Source: Candidatus Sericytochromatia bacterium (lineage in GTDB: Bacteria; Cyanobacteriota; Sericytochromatia; S15B-MN24; JAQBPE01). From it: a stretch of DNA of 57,219 nucleotides. The notes under the pieces were generated by a model. It ran no database searches. It saw only the letters and a program-made list of their open reading frames with translations, and had not been told where the DNA came from. A program made the translations under genes and the position numbers. Positions 39,968-50,386 of the stretch are shown piece by piece; within the stretch, counting starts at the first letter, position 1, and each line of letters begins with the position of its first letter. The stretch spans positions 1 to 57,219 of the forward strand of contig JBBAPZ010000010.1 of NCBI GenBank assembly GCA_040400605.1, read 5' to 3'.

Positions 39968-40306
39968 TCAACCCAAGCCTGTCGGGGATTGATTGACGAT
40001 CGCGCGCAACGTTTGCAATGCCGTTGCGATGCTCTCTTTCAATTCGCTCCGCGCAAAAAAAGGTAGCTTTCCGTCTTTATTCTTCGTGATCGTCATTGCG
40101 GATTTCAACGAATCCGACGCATTATATGCTTTTCTCCTCAGAGATGGCAGCGTTGACTCTCCCGCTTTAGATAGCAATTCGTCGCTTGCAATTGTATACA
40201 TTTTCAAACGCCGCTCAGTGGCGAGGTTACCCGAGATGATACCGGGTGTTGTTCGCCGTGGTAAAAATATACGCTGGCCAGGTAATATTTTCGTAAAGAG
40301 TTGCAT
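39968..40306 (-). CDS. Small orphan protein
   Basis: 112 aa, GGAG upstream of ATG, and an AT-rich promoter followed by repeat A. Confidence 0.5.
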   Translation of the reverse strand: MQLFTKILPGQRIFLPRRTTPGIISGNLATERRLKMYTIASDELLSKAGESTLPSLRRKAYNASDSLKSAMTITKNKDGKLPFFARSELKESIATALQTLRAIVNQSPTGLG

Positions 40307-40426
40307 TCGTCGTTCTCCGTGCTGTCTTTAGCGGACCGTTGAGTGTGTATCGCTATATTCGGCAGAATATTTCTTAATTGTTTTCTAATTTTTAACTAAC
40401 AATTTGAAACGATACTGAATTAACCG

Positions 40427-40530
40427 TGAAGCGGCGAGCACAACATTCAGCTCAAAATCCAATGTTTTTCGTCAATTCTGTGTCGTTTTCCGTTGAAGTA
40501 TGGTGTGTGGCGCTTGGTGCTATTTTCTTA
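40427..40530 (+). repeat. Repeat family A, copy A6
   Basis: gaagcggcgagcacaacattcagctcaaaat...ctgtg...atggtgtgtggcgcttggtg aligns with A5. Confidence 0.75.
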
Positions 40531-41119
40531 TATACCGAACGGTTTTGCATGAGTGTTGAGGGATTGCTTTGGAACGAGATGTGTACTTCGGTTCTTCACG
40601 GTGGCTGGATTGGATGATCTGAACGGTTTAAAATCGTCTGCAATCGCAGAGACGGCGACCTGGAGAAGGTACAAACACACGCCCGTTCCTACTATAAGGC
40701 CCTCGAAGAGGGTTTCTTGTTATCTGGAGATTAGGCCTCTGGTCGATAGCTCTGTTTGATGTTTTTCCAGATAACGGGAAGCATAAGGGTGAGGGTTGGT
40801 TCGGAATGGTCACGTTAATGAGTGTAATGGTTGAAAGTGAGTGTTGACGGTGGTTTCGGGCGATCGCTCATTTCTTCGTTGGCCGGTTAGTTTTTCAGAT
40901 AATCGTTATTATCCGGATCTATTGTCGGGGACTCGTGAAGAGGGCATAACACGGCAAGGCCAGCGTTTAACTGTGGCATCGTTGTTATTCAGTTGTCGGG
41001 ATGGATCAGTGGTCATCAGATTTGGGTCCACCGATTGGTTAGAGTTTACCTCTTGGCTTGAGAGCACGCGGGTAATGCTCTCCTTTTGCACCTGTTCCGG
41101 TTTGGAGCGCGGTTAAGTA

Positions 41120-41292
41120 CCTGTTCGACACTTCATAAATCAGAAAGTGCATGAAACATCTTCGGATGCTTGTTTCAGCGCACCTTGCCTGCAAACTGCT
41201 TCAGATCGTTTTCTGGATCGAATGTTTTTTATTGATCACACCTGATTTACTTTTCAGGATTTTTTGCCGCGAACCGTCGAATATCCTTTAAA
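41120..41292 (-). repeat. Repeat family B, full-length copy
   Basis: tgttcgacacttcataaatcaga...gatcgttttctggatcgaat...gccgcgaaccgtcgaatatcc closely matches the reverse complement of 55645-55820. Confidence 0.88.
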
Positions 41293-41449
41293 GCCGTTGC
41301 GATTGGGCTGATGGCAGATGAATCACTGTTACTGCTAGCTCGATTGATGAGCTTGCGTTTTTAGCAAGAGAAGCGTCGAGTGTAAGCAGGTTTCCGATTT
41401 TATGCTACGTTTGATTCCGGTGATCGATCCATTTGAAGTCAAAACGAAG

Positions 41450-41762
41450 CTAGAAGGGTTCGGGTCTCTCATATTTAAACGGTTGGATCTGCTCGGCACT
41501 AAAACCGGTTGTGACCACCCTTCGCATGTCTTTTAAAACGGATGGAACGGCAGCATCCCCTAGGAGGAACAAGTCTTGATACCAGCCGTTCGAATTAGGT
41601 CGCGCTCCCGCAGCCACCAACCAGGCATCCAGCGAATTGGCCATGGCCCGATCGCCGCTCTGACCTCTGATATAGATTCTTACTGAGCTCTTCCTGTTTG
41701 TGCCCGATGCGTCTGGCAGCGCCCTGAATCCCCCGCATCAGTTGTTGGGCTGTTATGATCAT
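41450..41762 (-). pseudogene. Frameshifted remnant of an orphan gene related to 38969-39706
   Basis: MIITAQQLMRGIQG after a GGGAG RBS; two short overlapping ORFs (41595-41762 and 41450-41644). Confidence 0.5.
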
Positions 41763-41885
41763 TTTTTCAGTTCTCCCTGCGTCGCTCACCATTTACATAG
41801 TTAGACAGGGTTCCAGTTCGATAACAATTTTACTTATCGTTTGTTATTTTATCGTTAATTTTTTAGATGTTATCCGCTCGTAGGC

Positions 41886-41958
41886 GTGGCGCAGCAAGCG
41901 CAAACCGCTGGATGAAAGCGGTTTTACTCACTATCTCTATGCTGTTTGCCATCTGGAG
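41886..41958 (+). repeat. Repeat family A, 3'-truncated copy A7
   Basis: gtggcgcagcaagcgcaaaccgctggatgaaagcgg...tgctgtttgccat. Confidence 0.8.
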
Positions 41959-41959
41959 G

Positions 41960-43270
41960 CTACTGATTGGGCGTTAGTTTGCGGATGCAATGGTTGTTTT
42001 CATCCGTGACATAAACATTGCCGTTGACATCCACCACTGCGCTTCTTGGAAAATTAAATTTCGCAGCGGCGCCGGTTGTGTCTGTGCGTCCTTGTTCACC
42101 ATTGCCGGCAATGGTTGTGACCGCGTTGCCGATGATTTTGCGAATGCGGTGGTTGCCGCTATCGGCCACAATCCAGTCACCGTTCTTGCCTGGTGCGATA
42201 CCATTGGGGGAATTGAACTGCGCGCTTGTGAGGGTGCCATCAATGAATCCAGACGTGCCAGTTCCGGCGAAACTTGAAACGCTGTTGTTTGTCGCGATTT
42301 TGTAAATCAGGTGCACGCTTTGTCCGACCACCATGATGTTGCCGCTGCCATCCGGTATCACGGATACGGGTTGATTCAAACCGGTCGATACCACGGTGGA
42401 CACCACGCCGGAATTGTTGATACGACGAATGCGGTTGTTGCCTGTGTCGGCGACAAGCAATGTGCCGCTTGCTTCCAGCGCGATTCCGCGGGGGGCGTTG
42501 AATGAGGCAGCGGCGCCAGTGCCATCGGTGCTGCCTAGGCTGCCTGAACCAGCAAATGTTGTCACCACGCCTTGTGAGCTGATTCGCCGGATGCAGTGGT
42601 TGTCGGTATCCGCTACAAACACGTTGCCAACATTATCCACCACCAGTCCCGCCGGCGATGAAAAGGCTGCGGCAGTCCCGGTAGCATTGGTGAAACCAGC
42701 GGTTCCTTTTCCGGCCAATGTGGTCACCACCCCGGCTGTACTCACCGTACAGATGCGATGGTTGCCGGTATCCGCGAGGTATAAGGTGTTGGCTTGGTCC
42801 ATGGCAAGGCCGGTTGGACGACGAAACTGCGCAGTGCTTGGTCCACCCTCTGCGTTGCCTTCGATACCCGTGCCCGCAAACGTGCTCACCGTATACGTGA
42901 CAGTCGGGACTGACGACGCTGCTGGCGAGGCAGACCCTGACGGTTGCGCTGTCGCTTGCCCAGAGGGTGAGGAGCTAGCCGACGCCACCACGCCACTCGG
43001 TGATGTCGAGGGACTTTTGCTTCCAAGCGGAGACGGTGATGTTGATGCGGGTGTGCTTGGTGTGGGGGATGCAGCTGTACTTGGTAACGCCGATGCGCCC
43101 GGACTCACATCGGTTCCCGCAAACCCGCTCGGGGAAGGACTCTTTGGCTGCGCAGATTTTACCCCGGTTGGTTTGGTGGGTGCTTTTGTTGTGTTGGCTG
43201 GTTGACAGGCCACGATGGTGATCAACAAGGCCAGCAGGCCAGTCCGTGATACGTTTTTGTTCATCACCAA
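41960..43270 (-). CDS. NHL-repeat beta-propeller lipoprotein
   Basis: IVAC lipobox, Ser/Pro linker and repeated FxxPxGxxxDxxGNxxVADTxNHxIR. Confidence 0.9.
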   Translation of the reverse strand: MVMNKNVSRTGLLALLITIVACQPANTTKAPTKPTGVKSAQPKSPSPSGFAGTDVSPGASALPSTAASPTPSTPASTSPSPLGSKSPSTSPSGVVASASSSPSGQATAQPSGSASPAASSVPTVTYTVSTFAGTGIEGNAEGGPSTAQFRRPTGLAMDQANTLYLADTGNHRICTVSTAGVVTTLAGKGTAGFTNATGTAAAFSSPAGLVVDNVGNVFVADTDNHCIRRISSQGVVTTFAGSGSLGSTDGTGAAASFNAPRGIALEASGTLLVADTGNNRIRRINNSGVVSTVVSTGLNQPVSVIPDGSGNIMVVGQSVHLIYKIATNNSVSSFAGTGTSGFIDGTLTSAQFNSPNGIAPGKNGDWIVADSGNHRIRKIIGNAVTTIAGNGEQGRTDTTGAAAKFNFPRSAVVDVNGNVYVTDENNHCIRKLTPNQ

Positions 43271-43779
43271 AGCCCCACTACCCTTGCGTATACATCATCA
43301 TCCTGCTAAAGAATTGCTACCCAGAATCGACACCTTTATACGCGTATTTGACGGTTCGCTTCTTTATATAATGAAATTCAGCAGTGGCAACGATGATGAC
43401 AAATAATTTTATCCGTCAGAGGCAGTGCAGATTCTCGGCTAGACATGCTCAAGCAAACACTTGACCGTTCATTGCATGCCATCTTAAAAGTTAAGTCACC
43501 ACCTTGGCCTCGAAGGATATACAAACCACGGAATACGCTGTTTCAGTTTGTCAGCGCAGCATCCCCACACAGGTATCAAAACGGTGTTTCCTTACTTATT
43601 GATTTCATGACGTGACGAATGAACGGTGAACGAACGCCATAAAAGCGTTTTAAGGATGTTAAATTTCACGAGGTATCACATGTGCATCGTATCCGTTGTG
43701 AACGGCTCGAGTCGTCGCGACACGGATAACCGAAGCCCGCTAAGTTCTTTTGATTGGATATGGTTCGGCGAAACGGAAA

Positions 43780-45039
43780 TTACGGATACACCGCACTTTC
43801 CAGCAATGCAGGCATGCTCTGGCACACTCCCCGAATGGCCTGTAGGTTGAACTGCACGTCTGCGTCGTGGGCGCTGCGATTGGAACCTACCACGGGTCTT
43901 GGATCGCGCAAACCCGGAATCGCTTGCGCATCCCGGTAAACGGCGGGATTGTTGGCATACGATGATGCACTCCTTTGAACATCACGTATCTTGTCAACCA
44001 ACTCCCGCGTTGCTACCAGGCGTAAATCCGCAGCGGTACATCTCGGGTGATCCTCCCAGTAAATGGCCACACGCCGTTTGATTTCATCGTATTCAAACCA
44101 GTTCGCGCACGCCACCATGCCCCGTCTCACGGGCTGTCCGCCATATGTGTAACCATCCACCACCCAATCCCACATCAAGAGTTTGAAAACATCATAAGTG
44201 CGGTTGAACGCCGGCAAGATGGCCATGCGCCCATTGATATTCGCTTCACGTGCTTCGCGCTCAGCCCGTTGCAACGCATTTTGACGCAACTGCTCCAACA
44301 TGTCGTTGATGATTTGAACGTCATTAACGACCGCGTACGCACGATCACGGTTCCAGTGATGCCCGTTGGGTGCCAGATAAATTGACGTTCCTCCCAACAA
44401 CCGCGACTTTGCCACTTCCGCTGATATCTTCGGAAAACTATACCCTACCAGCCACGCCCACCGCGTTCGTATCCGTTCCCGCAACCGACCCAACCGAGCC
44501 AACTCTGCGAATGCATCCACCGGCAAACCGGATGTATCAACTGGCCTCGGTGTAAATGCCGGCAAAACCGAGGGACTGCCAGGTACCAACACAGGATGAT
44601 AGCGCGGTGTCAAATACACCGGACCGGAACCAATCGTTATACCCATCACCGCTTTTCCGCGCGCATCACTGCGATATACTACGCTTCGTGATGCCGCTGA
44701 TACAGCCTGGAATGATGCTTCCCCATTCGCCGCATGTGCCTCGCTTGACACTCTGTCGCTCGATTCATCGGGCTCAAGTTCCACCATCCGCTCGCGGGTG
44801 AGCCGGTCAAACGTCTCGTCTGGCTTCAATCCGATGAGGTCAGATTCCGGCATCTCTCGCTGGATGGTCGTGACAACGCCCACGGGCGCTTTTGGGGTCA
44901 GCGGCTCCGCAGAGTTTGCGGGGGCACCACCATGCCAAACATCCACGCCTTGACCGGACGGCAAGTCAGCCATTTGCCCGCAGCTTACTGTGCACGCAAT
45001 CAAACCAACTGAGCCGATCAGCCGAGAACTATTCATCAT
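43780..45039 (-). CDS. Hypothetical lipoprotein
   Basis: 419-aa ORF with a TVSC lipobox-like site; no recognised domain. Confidence 0.7.
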   Translation of the reverse strand: MMNSSRLIGSVGLIACTVSCGQMADLPSGQGVDVWHGGAPANSAEPLTPKAPVGVVTTIQREMPESDLIGLKPDETFDRLTRERMVELEPDESSDRVSSEAHAANGEASFQAVSAASRSVVYRSDARGKAVMGITIGSGPVYLTPRYHPVLVPGSPSVLPAFTPRPVDTSGLPVDAFAELARLGRLRERIRTRWAWLVGYSFPKISAEVAKSRLLGGTSIYLAPNGHHWNRDRAYAVVNDVQIINDMLEQLRQNALQRAEREAREANINGRMAILPAFNRTYDVFKLLMWDWVVDGYTYGGQPVRRGMVACANWFEYDEIKRRVAIYWEDHPRCTAADLRLVATRELVDKIRDVQRSASSYANNPAVYRDAQAIPGLRDPRPVVGSNRSAHDADVQFNLQAIRGVCQSMPALLESAVYP

Positions 45040-45416
45040 TCTTTAACCCATTTCTATTTAATCAATCAACTGAGCCATGTTGTCGGAAACTGATCGCAGC
45101 GTATCAAAAACCACCGCACCATACACCTTGAACAGGATACGCTTCTTGCACACGTTAACGATGTTTTAAAATCGCATCATTTTGACAGAGTAAAAGAGTG
45201 CCCCCAGGTTATTGCAACCAACAGATTGCAATCGCAATGTCGGGCTGATAAGCGACCTTCGCGGCCTATCCCATAAACACCACGGTCATCCACGCACGCT
45301 ACGCATCGGCATGACGGTTTCACCATGCGTCCTGTTCCAGTCATTGTAAACTGTTTGCTTAACTTATTGTTTATTTAAAATTAATATCGACTTCTGGCGT
45401 TCAAGTCTTGCTTGAT

Positions 45417-46040
45417 TTAATTGAGGGAATTCATCGCAATGTGCTGCGCGCCATCGTCACGGCAGGTGTGCGCGAGGGCTTGTTTCAGTTGCAGTGCTGC
45501 GATCGCCCGATGGCTGATGCGATCCTTGTCGTCAGGGGTTAACTCGGCAAAGGTGCAATCAAAAGCGGGCACCCAAAAGATGGGATCATAACCGAATCCC
45601 CCTTCCCCTGTCGGCGCGTCTGCGATCGCACCTTCGCAACGGCCTTCCACCTCAATGACGCGCTGATCCGGATAAGCCAGACACATGGCACAAACAAAAG
45701 CCGCTTGCCGTCTGTCCGGTGGAATCCCTTGCATTTCAGCTAACACCCGCGCGATTCGAGCCTCATCTGTTTCTGCATACCGCGCCGAATAAATACCCGG
45801 TCGCCCACCAAGGGCGTCAATCACGAGACCTGAATCATCCGCCAGACACGGCGTACCGAAATACCGGGCACTTTCGATTGCTTTCAAACGTGCATTTTGC
45901 GCAAAACTTGCTCCGGTTTCTGCGATCTCCAACGGTTCAGGCGCCAAAACGAATTCAAACGCATCGGAATCGGCAAACAAACGCTGCAGCTCTTGCAGTT
46001 TACCGCGGTTGGTGCTTGCCAAAAAAATTCGCTGTGTCAC
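45417..46040 (-). CDS. rdgB: Non-canonical purine NTP pyrophosphatase
   Basis: ASTNRGK, ADDSGL, PGIYSARY, GFGYDPIF and SHR. Confidence 0.95.
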   Translation of the reverse strand: MTQRIFLASTNRGKLQELQRLFADSDAFEFVLAPEPLEIAETGASFAQNARLKAIESARYFGTPCLADDSGLVIDALGGRPGIYSARYAETDEARIARVLAEMQGIPPDRRQAAFVCAMCLAYPDQRVIEVEGRCEGAIADAPTGEGGFGYDPIFWVPAFDCTFAELTPDDKDRISHRAIAALQLKQALAHTCRDDGAQHIAMNSLN

Positions 46041-48220
46041 AATGACCCTTTCTTGGCCGCAGCATGTGTTTGTTTCTTGGTCACACGATACACTTTGATC
46101 ACATCACTCATGCGACCGACTGCCGTCAAGACTCGCTGTAAATGAGCCACATCCGCCACGTCCACCACCAGATTGACCAGCGCGAATTTATCACGCACGG
46201 TGCGGATTCGGGCTGCTCGGATGTTGGTTTTGATGTCTGCAATTTTTGCGGAGATATCTTTGAGCAACCCCACGCGATCGATCAACTCAATCTCGATTTC
46301 GACCGGGTACATCGTATCGGTTCTGGTTGCCCATTCGGCATTGACCAGGCGTCCGGGATCGACTTGCGCCAAATTCTGACACTCCGCCACGTGAACCGTT
46401 ATGCCACGCCCACGGGTCACAGCACCCCGCAATGCCTCCCCAGGCACCGGCGCACAACATTTGGCCAAATTGACCAACATCGAATCACTGCCATCCACCA
46501 AAATGCCATTCCGGGAACGAACGGCTGACTTGCGCACACTCTCTTTAACGGTCTCAGGCGGCAATACGGCTTGCGGCTCCGGTCGCATGCGATTCAGAAC
46601 CTGCGTGGCCCCCAGTTCGCCGTATCCAATCGCGGCTAACAGATCATCCACTGTCTGACAATTATATTTTTGCGCTACCTCAAAGGCCCGCTCACTGCGT
46701 AACAACTGCTCAAGCCCCGTGCGACCCATTTCCCGCTCCAGCGCTTCACGCCCCCGCGCAATGTTCTCATCCCGCCGCTCTTTCTTGTACCACTGGCGGA
46801 TACGGTTTTTTGCGGACGTGGTTGCCACGATTTTGACCCAGTCCAGCGAAGGATGCTGCACCTTGGATGTGATGATTTCAACAATGTCGCCGTTGTTAAG
46901 GTGCGATTCCAAAGGAATGATGCGACCATTCACCTTGGCGCCTGTGCAACGATGGCCCACGTCGGTATGGATGCGATAGGCGAAATCGATGGGGGTGGCG
47001 CCGCGGGGTAGGTCAATGACATCGCCCCGCGGTGAAAACACGAACACCTCATCGGCGAACAAATCTTCTTTCACCGTGTTCAGGTACTCGGTGGCATCCT
47101 TTAAATCATTTTGCCAATCCAGTAACTGCCGTAGCCAGGTCAATTTCTGATCCGCGCTCGACAGCCCCTTTGTGCCCTCTTTGTAACGCCAATGGGCCGC
47201 AATGCCATATTCCGCCACCCGATGCATGGCATGGGTCCGAATTTGAATTTCGACCGGATGACCTTCCGGGCCAATCACGGCCGTGTGCAAGGATTGGTAC
47301 AGATTGGATTTCGGCACGGCAACATAATCTTTGAAACGACCAGGAATCGGCTTCCAATGCGAATGCACCACCCCAAGTGTCTCGTAACACTCCTTGACTG
47401 AGTCAACCAACACCCGAACCGCTGTGATATCAAACAGATCGCTAAACTCTTTATTGTGATGCACCATCTTTTGATAAATGCTATAGAAGTGCTTGGGGCG
47501 ACCTGAGAGCTTGCATGGAATGTGCAACTTCTGAAGTTCACCGCCCAGTTCATCCACGATGGCTTGAATCAGTTGCTCTCTTTGGTCACGTTTTTGCGCG
47601 ACCAATTGGGCCAGCTTGTAGTACTCCTCCGGGTGCAAATAGCGCAGGGACCAGTCTTCCAGCTCAGCCTTGATTTTGCCAAGTCCCAAGCGATGCGCCA
47701 GCGGGGCGAAAATTTCCAGCGTTTCACGCGCGATGTCCCGTTGTTTATCCTCTTTCATATGGGAGAGGGTGCGCATGTTGTGCAGGCGATCGCACAATTT
47801 CAGCAAAATGACGCGGATGTCTTTGCCCATCGCCAGAAACATCCGGCGGAAATTTTCGGCTTGACGCTCTTCTTTGCTTGAAAAGGAGATCTTGCCAAGC
47901 TTCGTGACACCTTCCACAAGCCGATGAACTTCGGGATTAAACTGCGTGAGCAATTCTTCGGATGTGATATGACAGTCTTCCAACACATCATGCAACAACC
48001 CCGCCGCAACCGTGGCACCATCCGCCTCAAGGCCAGCCAAAAGAATGGCGACTTCTGTCGGATGAATGATATAGGGCTCACCCGACTTACGCTGCTGCCC
48101 CTCATGCATGGCCTCTGCCACCGAGTAGGCTTTTTCGATCAAACCCACTTCGCTTTGGGACAGATACCCTGAAACCAAGCCGAGCAGGCGTGATTTCAGG
48201 TTCTGGGTTTCACTTGCCAT
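46037..48220 (-). CDS. relA: Bifunctional (p)ppGpp synthetase/hydrolase (RelA/SpoT family)
   Basis: HD domain LLHDVLED, RFKD, EIQIRT, TGS domain (DFAYRIHT) and C-terminal ACT domain. Confidence 0.95.
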   Translation of the reverse strand: MASETQNLKSRLLGLVSGYLSQSEVGLIEKAYSVAEAMHEGQQRKSGEPYIIHPTEVAILLAGLEADGATVAAGLLHDVLEDCHITSEELLTQFNPEVHRLVEGVTKLGKISFSSKEERQAENFRRMFLAMGKDIRVILLKLCDRLHNMRTLSHMKEDKQRDIARETLEIFAPLAHRLGLGKIKAELEDWSLRYLHPEEYYKLAQLVAQKRDQREQLIQAIVDELGGELQKLHIPCKLSGRPKHFYSIYQKMVHHNKEFSDLFDITAVRVLVDSVKECYETLGVVHSHWKPIPGRFKDYVAVPKSNLYQSLHTAVIGPEGHPVEIQIRTHAMHRVAEYGIAAHWRYKEGTKGLSSADQKLTWLRQLLDWQNDLKDATEYLNTVKEDLFADEVFVFSPRGDVIDLPRGATPIDFAYRIHTDVGHRCTGAKVNGRIIPLESHLNNGDIVEIITSKVQHPSLDWVKIVATTSAKNRIRQWYKKERRDENIARGREALEREMGRTGLEQLLRSERAFEVAQKYNCQTVDDLLAAIGYGELGATQVLNRMRPEPQAVLPPETVKESVRKSAVRSRNGILVDGSDSMLVNLAKCCAPVPGEALRGAVTRGRGITVHVAECQNLAQVDPGRLVNAEWATRTDTMYPVEIEIELIDRVGLLKDISAKIADIKTNIRAARIRTVRDKFALVNLVVDVADVAHLQRVLTAVGRMSDVIKVYRVTKKQTHAAAKKGSL

Positions 48221-48357
48221 TGGACCCACTGCCTGATTCCCATCGGGATGGTTCCCGTGCCGACGATGCCTGACGTGTGTTGAAACACGACCGCACCCAT
48301 TATACCCAGCGACACGAGACAAATCTTGCGGCAGGCGTTGTTTTGACGCGACGGTGA

Positions 48358-48891
48358 TCAGTTACGCAGCAGGGAAACAATCGGCAATTCGGGTAGACGC
48401 ATCCGCCCGCCCAGGGCTTCCAGTTCAATGAGAAAGGCCGCCGCAACCGCTGTGGCACCGGCGATATCGATGAGCCGTCGCGCCGCCTCCGCGGTACCGC
48501 CCGTTGCAAGCAGGTCATCGACGATCACGACCCGGTCGCCCGGTTTGAGCGCATCTTGGTGCATTTCGAGTGCATCGGTGCCATATTCGAGTGCATAGTC
48601 GACCCGCCAGCTTGCGGCAGGCAGTTTTCCGGGTTTACGGACGGGAATAAAACCCCGTTGCGTGCGCAGTGCCAGTGGCGCCCCGATCAAGAATCCCCGC
48701 GACTCAATACCCACGATGTAATCGTACTCAAACATCGCCAACGCTTCGCCAAGCAATTCAATTGTCTGATTGAACGCGCGCACATCACCCAGCACGGGCG
48801 CGATATCCTTGAATACAATCCCTGGTTTCGGGAAATCAGGAACATCGCGTATTCGTGCTGTCCAAACATCTGCCGTATTGACGCGTGTCAT
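48358..48891 (-). CDS. apt: Adenine phosphoribosyltransferase
   Basis: PDFPKPGIVFKD, RKPGKLP and VDDLLATGGT. Confidence 0.96.
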   Translation of the reverse strand: MTRVNTADVWTARIRDVPDFPKPGIVFKDIAPVLGDVRAFNQTIELLGEALAMFEYDYIVGIESRGFLIGAPLALRTQRGFIPVRKPGKLPAASWRVDYALEYGTDALEMHQDALKPGDRVVIVDDLLATGGTAEAARRLIDIAGATAVAAAFLIELEALGGRMRLPELPIVSLLRN

Positions 48892-48965
48892 TTATTCACT
48901 CCAAACGAAGGGCGTTTGAAGCCTGCGTCCAGACGCCCGCAAATGCAATCTGCTAAGATGATGCC

Positions 48966-50120
48966 ATGAGATACGTTGGATGTCTGCCCCACATCTTGCT
49001 CGTGATTGTGCCACTTTTGGGCATCCTAACCTCCCCTGTCGCATTGAGTCAGGAGGATGCCTGGAGCAACATTCGTCAAGATTATCGCCAAGGACAATTC
49101 GATTCGGCCAGAAGCCGTTTACTGGCGCTGCTCACTCGTAATCCGCGCGATCGCGACGCCCATTATTACCTCGGCTTAATCGGTTGGCGTACCGGACGCC
49201 TGCAAGATGCCGCCACCCATTTTCGCCAACTTTTAACGATTGATCCTGACGGCCCGTTTGCCAAGGATGCCCAATCCTGGCTGAACAGTTATCGGGCGCA
49301 ACTCGCTTCGGGGCAAGCCGCCCCAACGCCCGTACAACCGCCAGTTACGACATCTTCCGTCTTGAAAGAGCCCGCCCGAACACCCCCTGACCCAACACCT
49401 TCGTCAACCGAACAGGAATGGGACAACGAATCGGAACCCCTGTTGCCTGTGCCGTCTCCGCGTCCGTCAAACACACCCGTACTACCGTTGGTCAGTCCGA
49501 CCCGCGAAGCGACGCCCGCGCCGGAACGAACGCAGACACCCTTTATCAATGCCTCAAGTCGGCCTGTGCCGACACCCCGACCCTCAAGCACCCCGGCACC
49601 CTGGTTGCAGGCTGAACCCCTCACAAAAGGGTCGCGACCACGTTCCGCGCGACCCAAACCGGGCTACTTCAAGGCCGCGGACGGCACGTTTGAGTTTCTG
49701 CCACCCAACACCTTCGTTTTGCTGGATGAAGGCGTTGAGGGGCGTGAGTTCAGGGCCCTGTTTGGCCCGCGTGCGATGCTGAAAGACACCGACTCGACCG
49801 TGCACCATCCCACCGTGTTGTTGGTCTGGCGGGAATTCACCGAACTCACCAGACTGAACCCGGCCCAGCGTGCGGCCAGAGAACAACAACTCCTGCAGCG
49901 GGAGGCTGCCACCTATGGTCCCGGTGCCCGCAATGAAGCCAGATTCGGGGCGCCTGCCTTGAATGTTCGTCAGCGACAGGAAAACTGGGTCGCCGATACC
50001 CGGCTCTTTTTCCGTTATGGCCGACTCTACGCCATTACCTACGGGGGCGATGAGCGCCTTAACGAACGTTATCGAAGCGCCGTGACTCAGAGCTTTTCGA
50101 CCTTCTCGTTTTACCCTTGA
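48966..50120 (+). CDS. Exported TPR protein with Pro-rich linker
   Basis: Signal peptide, AHYYLG TPR motif, long Pro/Thr/Ser linker and an unknown C-terminal domain. Confidence 0.78.
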   Translation: MRYVGCLPHILLVIVPLLGILTSPVALSQEDAWSNIRQDYRQGQFDSARSRLLALLTRNPRDRDAHYYLGLIGWRTGRLQDAATHFRQLLTIDPDGPFAKDAQSWLNSYRAQLASGQAAPTPVQPPVTTSSVLKEPARTPPDPTPSSTEQEWDNESEPLLPVPSPRPSNTPVLPLVSPTREATPAPERTQTPFINASSRPVPTPRPSSTPAPWLQAEPLTKGSRPRSARPKPGYFKAADGTFEFLPPNTFVLLDEGVEGREFRALFGPRAMLKDTDSTVHHPTVLLVWREFTELTRLNPAQRAAREQQLLQREAATYGPGARNEARFGAPALNVRQRQENWVADTRLFFRYGRLYAITYGGDERLNERYRSAVTQSFSTFSFYP

Positions 50121-50159
50121 ATAGCGTCACTGTGCGCTTCTTGGATGTCAGTCCGTCAG

Positions 50160-50262
50160 CGAATAGGAACAGTCGCCACGGACCATATTCCGAATGGCAA
50201 ATAGCAAGGACGTGTTGTGATAATGCCGCTTTTGACCCGCAATTTGCACTCGCTGCGCCATT
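50160..50262 (-). repeat. Repeat family A, copy A8
   Basis: Reverse complement reads aatggcgcagcgagtgcaaattgcgggtcaaaagcggc...tgctatttgccattcggaatatggtccgtggcg. Confidence 0.87.
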
Positions 50263-50386
50263 CTTGCTTCAGTCTTATCCAAAAAGCTTAACTGAAAGTT
50301 TATTTTTAGTTAACCGGATTTGGTCAGTGGCTTGCCGATACCAACACTGGACGCAGTTAAGCGGTAGGTGACGGAGGTTGGATTGA

